Source: Mustelus asterias
Lineage: Eukaryota
Assembly: GCF_964213995.1 (NCBI RefSeq)
Contig: NC_135823.1
Location: 37,510,001 to 37,574,000 of the forward strand
Direction of reading: 5' to 3'
Length of the DNA: 64,000 nucleotides
Under the pieces are notes generated by a model, which worked only from the letters and a program-made list of their open reading frames with translations, was not told the origin of the DNA and did not search any database. Made by a program: the position numbers and the translations under genes. Positions 38,243-49,256 of this stretch are shown in pieces (within the stretch, counting starts at the first letter, position 1; every line of letters starts with the position of its first letter).

Positions 38243-39509
38243 TTTCTAGGCAACCAGGGTGTGAAGGTCAGCCAAGACAAGGAGTTAGCTTCCGGATTTC
38301 ACGGACTAATAAAATACCGTTATGTTGAGGAGTGGAATGCAATTGGCCAGAGTATTTGACAGGTATTATTGTTGATTTGTGAATGTTGAAGATGATTTTG
38401 ATTTAAAGTTATTGTAAGATGGGAATGATTGATAAGAGAAATCTATAATTGATGTTTTTTGATTGTATTGTTAGATTCATCGGAGAGGTTTTGATGCTCT
38501 GTGTCAGAGCTGATTAACCCTTTTTGATGATCTCCTGCCGGCCGCTGGTTAATAAAGTTATATCTTTATACAGAAAACGCTGACTTTGTGAGTCTTGTAT
38601 TGTCTGAGTCCTCTTGACAGTACTGATCAGCCCGGGTACCCCACCAACACTCCTCTTAAAGATTGGCCAAGGCACTCCCAACAGTAATTTAAATGTCTGG
38701 TCTAAACAATGCTGAATCCAAGTAACACAAGGCTCTGATTCATATTTCAGCCCCACTGCAACGGTGGGGATGCAAGACAAATCCCAAAGCGAGAATTTTA
38801 CCGCATGTGTGTTGAACTCAGAAGTAACTCTATTTATCCCGCCCTTCAAACATCTTTCCATTAATTGTTTACACCCACGTCTTGATGTCCTTCCAAACCT
38901 CACATAAACTAAATACTATTTGTCATATGTGTGCCCATTTCATTTGCCCATTTTCTTGCAGTCTTTTAAAAACCCTTTTATTGGTCCTTAGACATTTTCA
39001 AGATCCCAGGTTTAAGTCATCTATGTGTGATACCTAGAGTAAGTACATCACTTTCAACCCTTCTCTAATCTGAGGAACACCCATTTAACCAACCTCTTGT
39101 ATAAAAACAGAATGTGCCATTGGATTTTTTACAAGGATCTGTGAAGGTGGAAGAGGCCTTTGTTTAACATTTCATCCAAAAAACAGCACCTCTAACAGTA
39201 CAGAACTCCAGGGTGAACAACTGTCCCCTATTTTAACAAATTGTTCTTTATTTTGATTAATCCCATACCTTAAGGGATGATGCCTTTTGTCTCGAGGACA
39301 GCCTGTAGGCAACTGATGTTGGGAGTCTCTGAGATGAGTTTGAGTGATTCGAGCAGGACTGCGAATGACTGAGTCAGTCGGCAAAAGATGATCTTATTGT
39401 GACTCAGCAAGATGGGGTTTGATTAATTGATTTTAACTCTTCCCACCCGTGCTATTCACCCTTCCACCCCACCGTCAAAATGTCCCTTATTTTAAAGGAA
39501 ATGGTCACC

Positions 39510-41070
39510 CTCCAGCACTCCTTTCTTCTCTGGCAGTCCCTCAGGGTTAAGGATTACTTGTTTCCACTCCGGAGAGGTGGGTTCTGTTGTGACCAAATAT
39601 TCCAATCCTGGAGTTGCAGACTCTGCCACAGGTTTGGCAGGTGGTGTTTGATGAGGTGGGCAGTGGGACACTCTGGATTCTGTGCTCTCTTTCTGCTGTT
39701 TATGCTTTGCCTCCGCATGCTCCACCGAGTGATTGATTTAGGGAGGCTCTCAGAGTGTAACGTTTCCTCTTCTAGTGCTCGCTTGCCCTTGCAGAGCTCG
39801 GAATAGAGCACTTGTTTCAGGAGCCTTGTGTCAGGCATACGGACAATGTGGCCCACCCGTCGCAGCTGGTCGAGCGTGACCAGTGTCTCAATGCTGGGGA
39901 TATTGACCTGGGCGAGGACACTCATGTTGGTACGTCTGTCCTGCCAGTGAATCTGTAGGATTTTGCGGAGGCAACGTTGGTGATATCGCTCCAGGGATTT
40001 GAGGTGTCCATGTTTCTGATGCGTACAGGAGGGTAGGGCCATGGCTGCTCTGTAGACCATGAGCTTGGTGCTGGATTTGAGGTCTTGGGCTTCAAACACT
40101 CTGTTCCTCAGGCATCCGAAGACTAAACTGGCACGTTGGAGTCGATGCTGGATTTCATCATCGATGCCTTCTCACGCCAAGAGGAGGCTCCCGAGGTATG
40201 GGAAATGATCCACATTGTCCAGGGGACCTCCGCGGATCTCGATGATCGGGTGGCAGTTTGCGTGCCAGGGGTGGGCTGGTGAAGAACCTTTGTTTTCCAG
40301 TTGTTTAGTCTGAGGCCCATTCTCTCATATGGCTCGGTGAATGCGTCGACGTTGGTTTGCAGTTCAGCCTCTGAATGTGCAAACATTCAGGCATCATCTG
40401 TGTATTGCAGCTCGATGGGGTGGTCTTGGTTCTGGCCTGGAGGCATTGGAGGTTGAGCAGCTTCCCGCTTGTCCGGTAGATTAGCTCCACTCCAGCAGGG
40501 AGCTTCAGGGTGATGGGATGGAGTGTTGTACTAAGGAAGATGGAGAAAGGCAATGACCCAGCACTGTTTGACCGCAGTTTGCACTCATAGTTGATCTGTG
40601 ATGGTTCTGTTGGTGAGGATCACAGCTCGGATGTCATCATGGAGCAGGCGGAGAATGGTGACAAATTTCTGCAGGCAGCTGAATTTGAGTAGGATGTTCC
40701 ACAATCCCTCACGGTTGACAGAATCCAAGGCATTTGTGAAATCGAAGGAGGCAATATACAGAGGTTGATGTTGCTCCCTGCACTTTTCCTGGATTTGTCG
40801 CATGCTGGAGATCATATCCATTGTGCCTCTTGATGGGCGGAAGCCGCAATGAGACTCGGGGAGGAGCTGTTCAGCCACTGGGAGGATGCTGTTGAGGAGG
40901 ATTCTCACGATGATCTTTCCCGTGGCGGAGAGTAGGAAAATTCCTCTGTAATTTCCGCTGTCGGTCCTGTCTCCCTTCTTGAAGATGATCACAATTAAGG
41001 CGTCTCTGAGATCTCCTGGCATGTTGCCTTCCTTCCAGACAAGGGTGATGAGGTTGTGGATTCTTGTCAA
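39510..41070 (-). mobile_element. RTE-clade LINE, 5'-truncated
   Basis: IFKKGDRTDSGNYRGIFLLSATGKII...CGFRPSRGTMDMI...QEKCREQHQPLYIASFDFTNALDSVNREGLW; LERYHQRCLRKILQIHWQDR. Confidence 0.92.
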
Positions 41071-42329
41071 GAGCCAGCACTGTGCTGGTGCCAATCTAGA
41101 TTTCTGTGCTTACCCCTTGAATGGGATTGAACCTAGAACATGTAATTCAGAGATAGAGTGTTATCAACTGAGCCACAGCATGTAAAACATGGGAGTGGTG
41201 GGGCTGTAGTAACAGCTCCTGCACAATCATGGCAATGGGTGAGATTTCAATTCATTTAAAACGCGTCTTGCACTCATATTGGGCCCAATATTGTGTCCAG
41301 TGAGCTGCAGCATCTCACTCTGTGCCAGGGTTGGAAGGATCACACTCTCTTCCTGGACCTCTCAATTGATCTTTAGTAGCAGAGATAGTATTGGGGTGTT
41401 TTAGTTTGTGTCAGCCATGGCTCAATGATAGGTCCCTCTCTTAATGAAGCAAAAAGTTAAGACTGAAAGACGTAAAACACCCTGGTGAAATACTGAGGGA
41501 CGCTGGATTGTTGTAGGGGCCATATTTTAGATGAGACATTAAACCAAAGCCCTGTCTGCTCTCTTAAATGGACACAAATGATCCGTGGATGTATTTAAAG
41601 AAGAGCAAGAGAGGATGTCCTGTAGTCATAGCCAATATTCATACCACACCCATCATCACTAAAACAGATTATTTAGCCATTATCTCATTGTTGTTTGTGG
41701 GATCTGGCTTTGCACAAATTAGCTGCTGTACCAGAGGTTACATGAGGAAAGAAATTTTGCAGAAAGTTGTTAAGATTTGGAATGCACTACCTGAAAGAAT
41801 GGGGGAAGGTGAATCAATAGCAATTTTCAAAATGTGGGGAAAACATTTACAGGGTTATGAAGAGCAAGGAAGTGGGACTTCCAAAGAATTCTTTCAAAGA
41901 GCTATCGCAGGCACAATAGACTGAATGGCCTCTTTCTGTCCTGTATCATTCCATGACTCTTTGATTAGAATGTTGACTACACTTCAAAGGTACCTCGATG
42001 ATTCATAAAGTGCTTTGTGATGTTCTGAGATTGCAAAAAGAATAAATGCAAGTCTTTCATTATTTTAATTGAATCAGCATTTGTTCCCATTGAGTTAAGG
42101 ATCATTACTCATTTCCTACTTACTCTCGAAATCATGTGAGCTGAATTCTATTGCCCATATATACAGGATAAACATTTCAGACTGTTGGCCCTACACTGAC
42201 ACAGAACCACTGGATGCTTGATCACTATCTCAGACAGCAAAGAAAGTCTATTTGCACAGGAACTAACCAGAAAACTAGCATATGCTTTCAAAAAATCCAT
42301 CATAGGTAGAATCTGGAGCTGAGAACGAA

Positions 42330-43530
42330 CTAATTTGACTGAGACTTATGATGGCATAACAGAGTAAATTGACGAGCATAATGCAGTTGATATATTGTAT
42401 GTGATAAAGTGCCACATAACAGGCTTTCAGCAAGGTAGAAGCCCATGGAATGAAAGGAATAGTGGCAAGGAAACAAAAGTGGTTGGTTGACAGGAAGCAG
42501 AATGCAGTGGTAAAAGGTTACTTTCTGAGCTGGAGGAAGATGTACAGTGGGGTATCCTAGGGGTTGGTGCTTAGGACCACTGCTTTTCTGAATATTTATT
42601 AATGACTTTGACTTTGGCATACAGAGTAGCATTTCAAAATTTGCAGATAATTGGAATTTTGTGAATTGCGAAGAAGATAGTGACAGACTTCCAGAGGACA
42701 TAGACAGGCATGTGGGGTGAGTGAACATGTGGCAAATTAAATTTAATGCAGAGATATATGAAGTGACACATTTTTCTAGGAAGAATGAGGAAAGGCAATA
42801 TAAAATGAAGGGTACAATTCTAAAGGGGATACAGGACCAGAGGGACCTGGGGGTATTTGTGTACAAATCACTGAAGATGATAGGGAATGTTGACAAAGCA
42901 GAAAAGAAGACATACAGGACCCTGAGCTTTGTAAATAGAGTAATTGAATACAAAAGCAAGGAAGCAATGGTGAACTTTTATAGAACACCAGTTAGGCCTC
43001 AACTTGAGTAGTCCAGGCACAAACTTTTAGGAAGCACGTGAGGCATTATAAAGGATACAGAAGAAATTCACAAGAATGGTTTCAGTAAGGAGCAATTCCA
43101 GTTACTTGGATAGATTAGTGAAGCTGGGGCTGTTCTCTTTACAGAAGGTTGCAAGGAGATTTAATCAAGGTTTTCAAAATTGTGACGGGTCTGAACAGAA
43201 ATGATAGGGAGAAACTCTTCCCATTGATGATAGGGTTGAGACTCAGAGATCATTGACTTAAGGTTATTGGCAAAGGAAAAGGAAGCAACATGAAGAAAAA
43301 CTCATTACGCAGTGAATGGTTAGGATCTGGGATGCATTGCTTGAATCTGGTGGTGGCAGAATCAACCATGGCTTTCAAAAGGGAATTGGATAATTATCCA
43401 TAGAGAAAAATAAATGCAGGGCTACAGAGAAAAGTTGGAGGAGTGGGAGTAACTGAATAGTTCTTCCAGGAAGCCAGCATGGATACAATGGATTGAATGG
43501 CCCCCTCCTGCAGCTATTCAATGATTCTAT
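42330..43530 (+). mobile_element. Degenerate CR1 LINE 3' part
   Basis: WQIKFNAEIYEVTHF, RDLGVFV, YRTPVRPQLE and a CR1-type tail ATGATTCTAT. Confidence 0.85.
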
Positions 43531-44389
43531 AATCCAAATAGAGCCACAATAGCAAAACTGTGCCTTGTAAAAATCAGTAGTTGTGCCAAATAATGTACCT
43601 TAAACAGTCAGAATATTAAATATTCCTTTACTCCAAATAAAGTATCCCAAACAGTCAGGGTATTAAACATTTCTTCTCTCCTACTGGAAGGAATAATAAC
43701 ATGGGTATATGAAAGTTTGAGGGTATTACTGTCGTCGGCTTTGGGTACAGACAACATTTAAACCCAGAGTATTCTATCTCCAAGCTTTAATAACTTGTGT
43801 ACAAGTGAGAACACAATGCAGCGCCCAGCATTGCAGGGTGTTCTGCTGATACGTACAGAAAATGCAATAGTTATAGTTAATTACAGCAAATGAGAAATGA
43901 GCAACTTTCTAATCCTTCATTTGCATACATATCCACCAATCATAGCATAGCTTTTTGCCCTTTCTTGTCCAATAGAAAACTGTCTCCTGCCAATCCTTCA
44001 TATGTCCCTATGTCTTGCTATTTGGTAATTGTTATGGTAACTCATCCTGTGTCCTAGCCTGGAATGCAGTGTTAATGGAACAAGATTTTAGATTTAATCA
44101 CTTATCCTGAATGCATAAGCGCGAGACTTACTGAAGGCCAGACTTGTTTGGCTAATAATCATTTTCCATTACTTGACAGAGTTGTTTGTCATAACTTAAT
44201 TTCCACAATTGTTGTAACTTAAATTTTTCCATACCAACTTCTGTATTTAGTAACTGCTTTTAACTATAGTTTCACTATATTTATTGCTTTATTTGAAGTG
44301 AGCATCTTTAATCTTGCAGAACAAAGTGAATTAAGTATTTGGCCTTGGCTGGAATTACAATTTAATTTCCACATTACAAATATTGGATG

Positions 44390-44700
44390 AAAGACCCGGG
44401 TTCAATTCTAGCCTTGGGTGACTATCTGTGTGGAATTTGCATGTTCTCCTCGTGTCTGTGTGTGTTTCCTCTGGGTGCTCACGTTTCCTTCCACAGTCCA
44501 AAGATATGCAGGTTAGGTGGATTGGCCATGCTAAATTGCCCTTTAGTGTCCCAAGATGTGTAGGTTAGGGAGATTAACAGGGTAAATGCATGGAGTTATG
44601 GGAATGGGGTGGGCCTGGGTAAGATGTTCCGTCGAAGCATTGGTATAGACCTGATGGGCCAAATGGCCTCTTTCTGCATGGTGGGGATTCTATGATTCTA
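44390..44700 (+). mobile_element. 5'-truncated V-SINE with CR1-type tail
   Basis: Starts near the B box GGGTTCAATTC; central domain and ATTCTATG tail present. Confidence 0.82.
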
Positions 44701-47649
44701 CGAAATGTATGGGCTAGGCAATTAAAGGAAACAAGGAAAGAAATAGTAGAGACTCTGACCATCATTTTCCAAACCTTTCGGCCTACATCGGCATGATGCC
44801 AGAGGACTAGAGGATACTAACATTGTACCATTCTTTAAGAAGGGAGAAATGATTAGACTGAGTAATTACAAGCCAGTCAGCCTAATCTCAGTGGTGGGAA
44901 AATGATTAGACTGGTGACATGGGATCAAATCTCACCACAGGAACTGGATTTAATTTCAATTCATGAATCTGAACTATAAAGCTAGTCTCAGCAATGGTGC
45001 CCATGGAGGCGATAATTGACTGTTGTAAAAAACTATCAGATTCATTATTTCCCTTAAGGAAGGAAATCTGCTATCTCTATCGACATATGAATCCAGGTGC
45101 CCAGCAATGTGGTTGATTCTTAACTGACCTCTGAAATGGTTGAATAAGCTACACAGTTCAGGACAATTAGGGATGGGCAATAAATGGTGGTGAAGCAACA
45201 CATGTCCCATTGCTTCCAACTGGGCTATGGGAAAAGAATAATGGAGTTCAAACTAATTGGAATTGTACAGTAGTCACATTAATTGTGTCCTTCTGTACTG
45301 TAGGATTCAGTGCAGACTGATGTGACTCACAAAGTCACTACACAATGTGCTACTGTGTCATACAGCTGGTCATATACTCCATCCAGTCTTGGCTGAGTTA
45401 ATTGGTCTCAATAAAGCCTACCTCCATCCACTAGGGAGGGGAAGTTAACCAAGTTCCTGTTGTTGCTCACTAGACAAGTAAGCCCACTACTGTTGAGAAA
45501 TGCATATAAATATCAGGATAAGTGATGCCTCTGACAACATCAGGCAATTTTTGTTACTGTGCAGATGGAGGCCATTTGGTCCATTGTATCTATACCAGCT
45601 CTCCAAATGAACAATTCAGCTAGTTCCATTCTCCCGCATTCTCCCTGTATCCGTGCACATTTTTTCTTTTCAAATCATGGTTTCATTCCTTTTTGAATGC
45701 TTCTGTTGTTCCTGCATCCATAGCATTCCAGACCCTAACGACTGACCATTTTCTTCATATCACTGTTGCTTCATTTACCAATTACTTTAAACCTTTTCCT
45801 TCTCATTCTCAATCCTTTTATGAGTGGGAAAAGTTTCTCCCTCTCTATTCTGTCCAGAACTGTCATGAGTTTGAATACTTCTATCAAATCTCCTCTCGAC
45901 CTTCCTTTCTCCAAGGAAAATAGTCTTAACTTCTCCAATCCATCTTCATAACTGAAGCTCCTCAGCCCTGGAACCATTTTCACGGGCTTCAATTTCTCCA
46001 ATGTCTTCACATCCTTCCTAAAATAAGGCACCCAGAACTGAACACAATGCTCTAGCTGAAGCCAAACTAGTGACAAGTTCAACATAACCTCCTTTTGTTC
46101 CTGTACTCTGTGCCCCTGGTAAAAGAGCCCATGATAATGTATGCTTTATTAATCATGCTCTCAATCTGTCCTACCACTTTCAATGACTTATGCAAATATA
46201 CACCCAGGTACCCCTGCTTCTGCATCCCCTTTAGAGTTGTAACCCCTATTTTTTATTACCTCTCCACGCTCTTTCTATCAGATGAATCACTTCATATTTC
46301 TCTGCATTGAACTTCACCTGCCATTTGTCCACCCATTCCACCAACTTGTCTGCATTCGTTTGGAGTTCTACACTATCCTCCTTCAGTTCACATTGCTTCC
46401 AAGTTTTGTATCAGCCACAAACTTTGAAATTGTGCCCTGTACATCAATGTCTAGGCCGTTAATATATGTCAGGAAAAGCAAGGTTTGCGACACTGATCCC
46501 TGGAGAGCTGCACCTTTCTCCAGTCTGAGAAAACACCCATTAACTACTAATCTCTGTTTGCTCAGCCAATTCTGTATCCATGGTACTACTGTCCCTTTTA
46601 TTCCATGAGCTGTGACTTTGCTCATAAGTCTGTTGTGCGGCACTAAATCAAACACTTTTTGGAAGTCCATGTACATCACATCAACAGCATTGCCTTCATC
46701 AACTCTCTCTGTCACCTCTTCAAACATTTCTAGCCAGTTCCTTAAATATCAAGCTGACTTTCCTTAATTAATCTGCATTTGTCCATGCGACTATTAACTT
46801 TGTCCCAAATTATTGTTTCCAGAAGTTTCCCCAGCACTAAAGTTAAACTAACTTGTTTGTAGTTGTTGGACTCATCCTTACACTCTTTTTTGAATAAGAG
46901 TGTAACGTTTGCAATTCTCTAACCCTCTGGCACCACCCTTGAGTCTGAGGAATACTGGAAAAGTATGGCCAGTATCTCTGCAATTTCGACTGTCACTTCT
47001 CACAATATCCTTTGGTGCATCTCATCTGGTTCTGGTGCCTTTTCAACTTCAAGAATAGATAACCTATCCAATACCTTCCCATTTTCAAGTTGAAACGCTT
47101 TTAGTGTCTGAATTATATTCTCTTTACCATAGGCTGGGTAGCATCTCCTTTCTTGGTAAAGACAGATGCAAAGTATTGTTAAGATATTGTATCTTTAAGA
47201 AATGTATTTTTATCATGTTTCTTGTAAGGGGTATGTTTAAAAGTCAGCTCTGTTTTACACTGTGTCGATTCGTCTGGGCAAAAGCACCTCAAATGTTGCG
47301 AATGCAGGATAATGACTAATTTTAGCTAATGGTGTGTTTGTCAGAACAAAGTTAATGCTTTTGCGTTTACTTAGGTTTCCCTTGGAGTTTCAGAGTAGGA
47401 TTTTGATCAGGTTTTTGAAAACGTCATGTGTTAATGGAACTAAGCTTGCAGGAGAGGTAGTGTTTTAAAAGTCAGTTTCTGCCTGGTACTGAAAGAAACA
47501 AGTCGTGTCTCTCTGTCTCTCTCTCTCTCCAAAAGTGTTCTGAGAACTCTAGGACTGGCAATCTAATTACAAGCATGTAAGCCTGTTTGCTAACTGATTT
47601 TAAAGAGTGGTTTTAAGTTTGTAAGAGGAATATTGCTTGAATTAGAATT

Positions 47650-47890
47650 GATGTGGAGATGCCGGCGTTGGACTGGGGTAAACACAGTAAGAAGTTTAAC
47701 AACACCAGGTTAAAGTCCAACAGGTTTATTTGGTAGCAAAAGCCACACAAGCTTTCGGAGCTCTAAGCCCCATCTTCAGGTGAGTGGGCACTCACCTGAA
47801 GAAGGGGCTTAGAGCTCCGAAAGCTTGTGTGGCTTTTGCTACCAAATAAACCTGTTGGACTTTAACCTGGTGTTGTTAAACTTCTTACTG
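47650..47890. mobile_element. Fold-back Penelope-terminus insertion (family A) with 10-12-bp TSD
   Basis: 102-bp arms at 47685-47786 and 47789-47890 with one mismatch; AATTAGAATT at 47640-47649 and 47891-47900; same sequence family as the terminus of the GIY-YIG-coding copy at 37492. Confidence 0.88.
47793..47832 (+). ncRNA. Minimal hammerhead ribozyme-like motif (mirror copy on the minus strand at about 47743-47782)
   Basis: CAC-CUGAAGA-A-GGGGCU(UAG)AGCUCC-GAAA-GCUU-GUG. Confidence 0.6.
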
Positions 47891-48919
47891 AATTAGAATT
47901 CACAGGGGTAGGTTAGCAATGAAGAATTGTATCTTGTCATGTCTAAGTATTGTTCAAATGTTAAATGTTAAGCTAATTCATTTGTTATAGTTAAACTGTT
48001 GTTAAGTTTGTGTTGATAAAATCTTCCCAGTGTGTCAGTAAAATTGCACCTGGAGTGAAACATCATGCCCTCACATTAATGAAAAAATAACAAATAGTTA
48101 GGGCCTAGTCTAACTTCATCATATACCTTGGTGTTTCTGATCCATATACTCTAACAGTATTCATTTAATACCTCAGCTATGCCCTCTGCTTCCATGTGTA
48201 AATTTCCTTTTCAGTCCTTCCTAACTCCTTTCTTCACCTTTTTACTACTTACATGCTGATAGAAGACCTTCGGGTTTCATTTTATGTCAGCTGCCAGTCT
48301 CTTTTCATCCTTTGCTTCTCTTATTTGCTTCTTCGCGCCACTTTAAACCTTCTATATTTAGCCTCAGTTGTAGTTTTACTTGACATCTCTAATTAATTTC
48401 TATCACCTTTGTCATTCAGGAAGCTCTGGATTAGTTTGCCCTATCTTTTCCTCCTGAGGGAATGTACCTTGACTGTGCCCAAATGACCTCTTCTTTGAGG
48501 GAGCCATTGATCAGTGACCGTTTAATCTTGCCTGCCTGTGACTCCAATTTATTCAGACCAGCTCTGTTCTTCTTCATTGTCATTTTTTCCCCAATCTAGG
48601 GCGGCTCTTTGTCTTTTGTTGCAGTTTGTGATACAGTGATCACTGGACCCTAAATGTTCTCCCACTGACACTTGATCGACTTGACCCACTCCGTTTCCAA
48701 GAACCAGGTCTAGCCATGTCTCATCTCTCTTAGGACACATACTGCTGAAGAAAATGTTCCTAAATACTCACAAGGAACTCTTGGATATATTTGGATAATT
48801 AAAATCTCTTATTATAACTACTCTATAAGTTTTGCACCTTGTTGTAATTTCCTTTCCACTAGTTGGTGATCTAGAGACACATGCAATTGCATTTTCTGCT
48901 CCTTAGCGCTGGACAAATT

Positions 48920-49166
48920 ATCATAATACGGCGAGGCTCCTCCAGGGAGTGAAGTCCTGGAGGCTGCCTAATGCTCAGCAAAGAGCCAGATCGGTAAATG
49001 AATCCGAGAGGATTTGCTGTCGGGATCAGTGAGTGACAATACTCCGCCTCCTGCATTATCCACACCCACACAATGTACTGGACATCAGAGCCCGCCCCTG
49101 ATTGACAGCCGGAGCCCCGCTGCCCTCTCTCGGTCCAGCTGCTGGTGCGGGCGGTCAGGGGTGTCA
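48920..49166 (+). promoter_or_regulatory. Probable MFSD11-like proximal promoter and 5' UTR
   Basis: Local CpG enrichment and a GC box CCCGCCCC at about 49091, directly upstream of the ATG. Confidence 0.55.
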
Positions 49167-49256
49167 ATGGGCGATCGCAGGGTGGTCAACGTTTACCTCC
49201 TGGGTGTGGGCTTCATGCTCATCTTCACCGCCTTCACCACCTGCGGGAACATTGAG
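49167..49256 (+). CDS. MFSD11-like exon 1
   Basis: 30 codons ending [11 protein letters not shown]; GAG|GTAAGT donor. Confidence 0.92.

Larger units (their letters stand above)
47177..48156. mobile_element. Solo LTR (Gypsy-like) inserted in a CR1
   Basis: Termini TGTTA...TAACA; 4-bp TSD GTAT (47173-47176 and 48157-48160); removing it restores CR1-like GATGCAAAGTATTCATTTAATACCTCAGC. Confidence 0.75.
45560..48920 (-). mobile_element. Degenerate CR1 LINE, interrupted by the solo LTR at 47177-48156
   Basis: FEEVTERVDEGNAVDVMYMDFQKVFDLVPH, KFVADTKLG, LEHCVQFW, LDLVLGN...LGSSDH. Confidence 0.88.

Noticed and set aside
38250-38690. Possible LTR remnant beside the Penelope copy
   Set aside because: It has AATAAA and a CA end, but I could not identify a matching TG start or a TSD.
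47685-47890. pre-miRNA hairpin
   Set aside because: The arms are Penelope terminal sequence with a TSD; better explained as a transposon fold-back, reported above.
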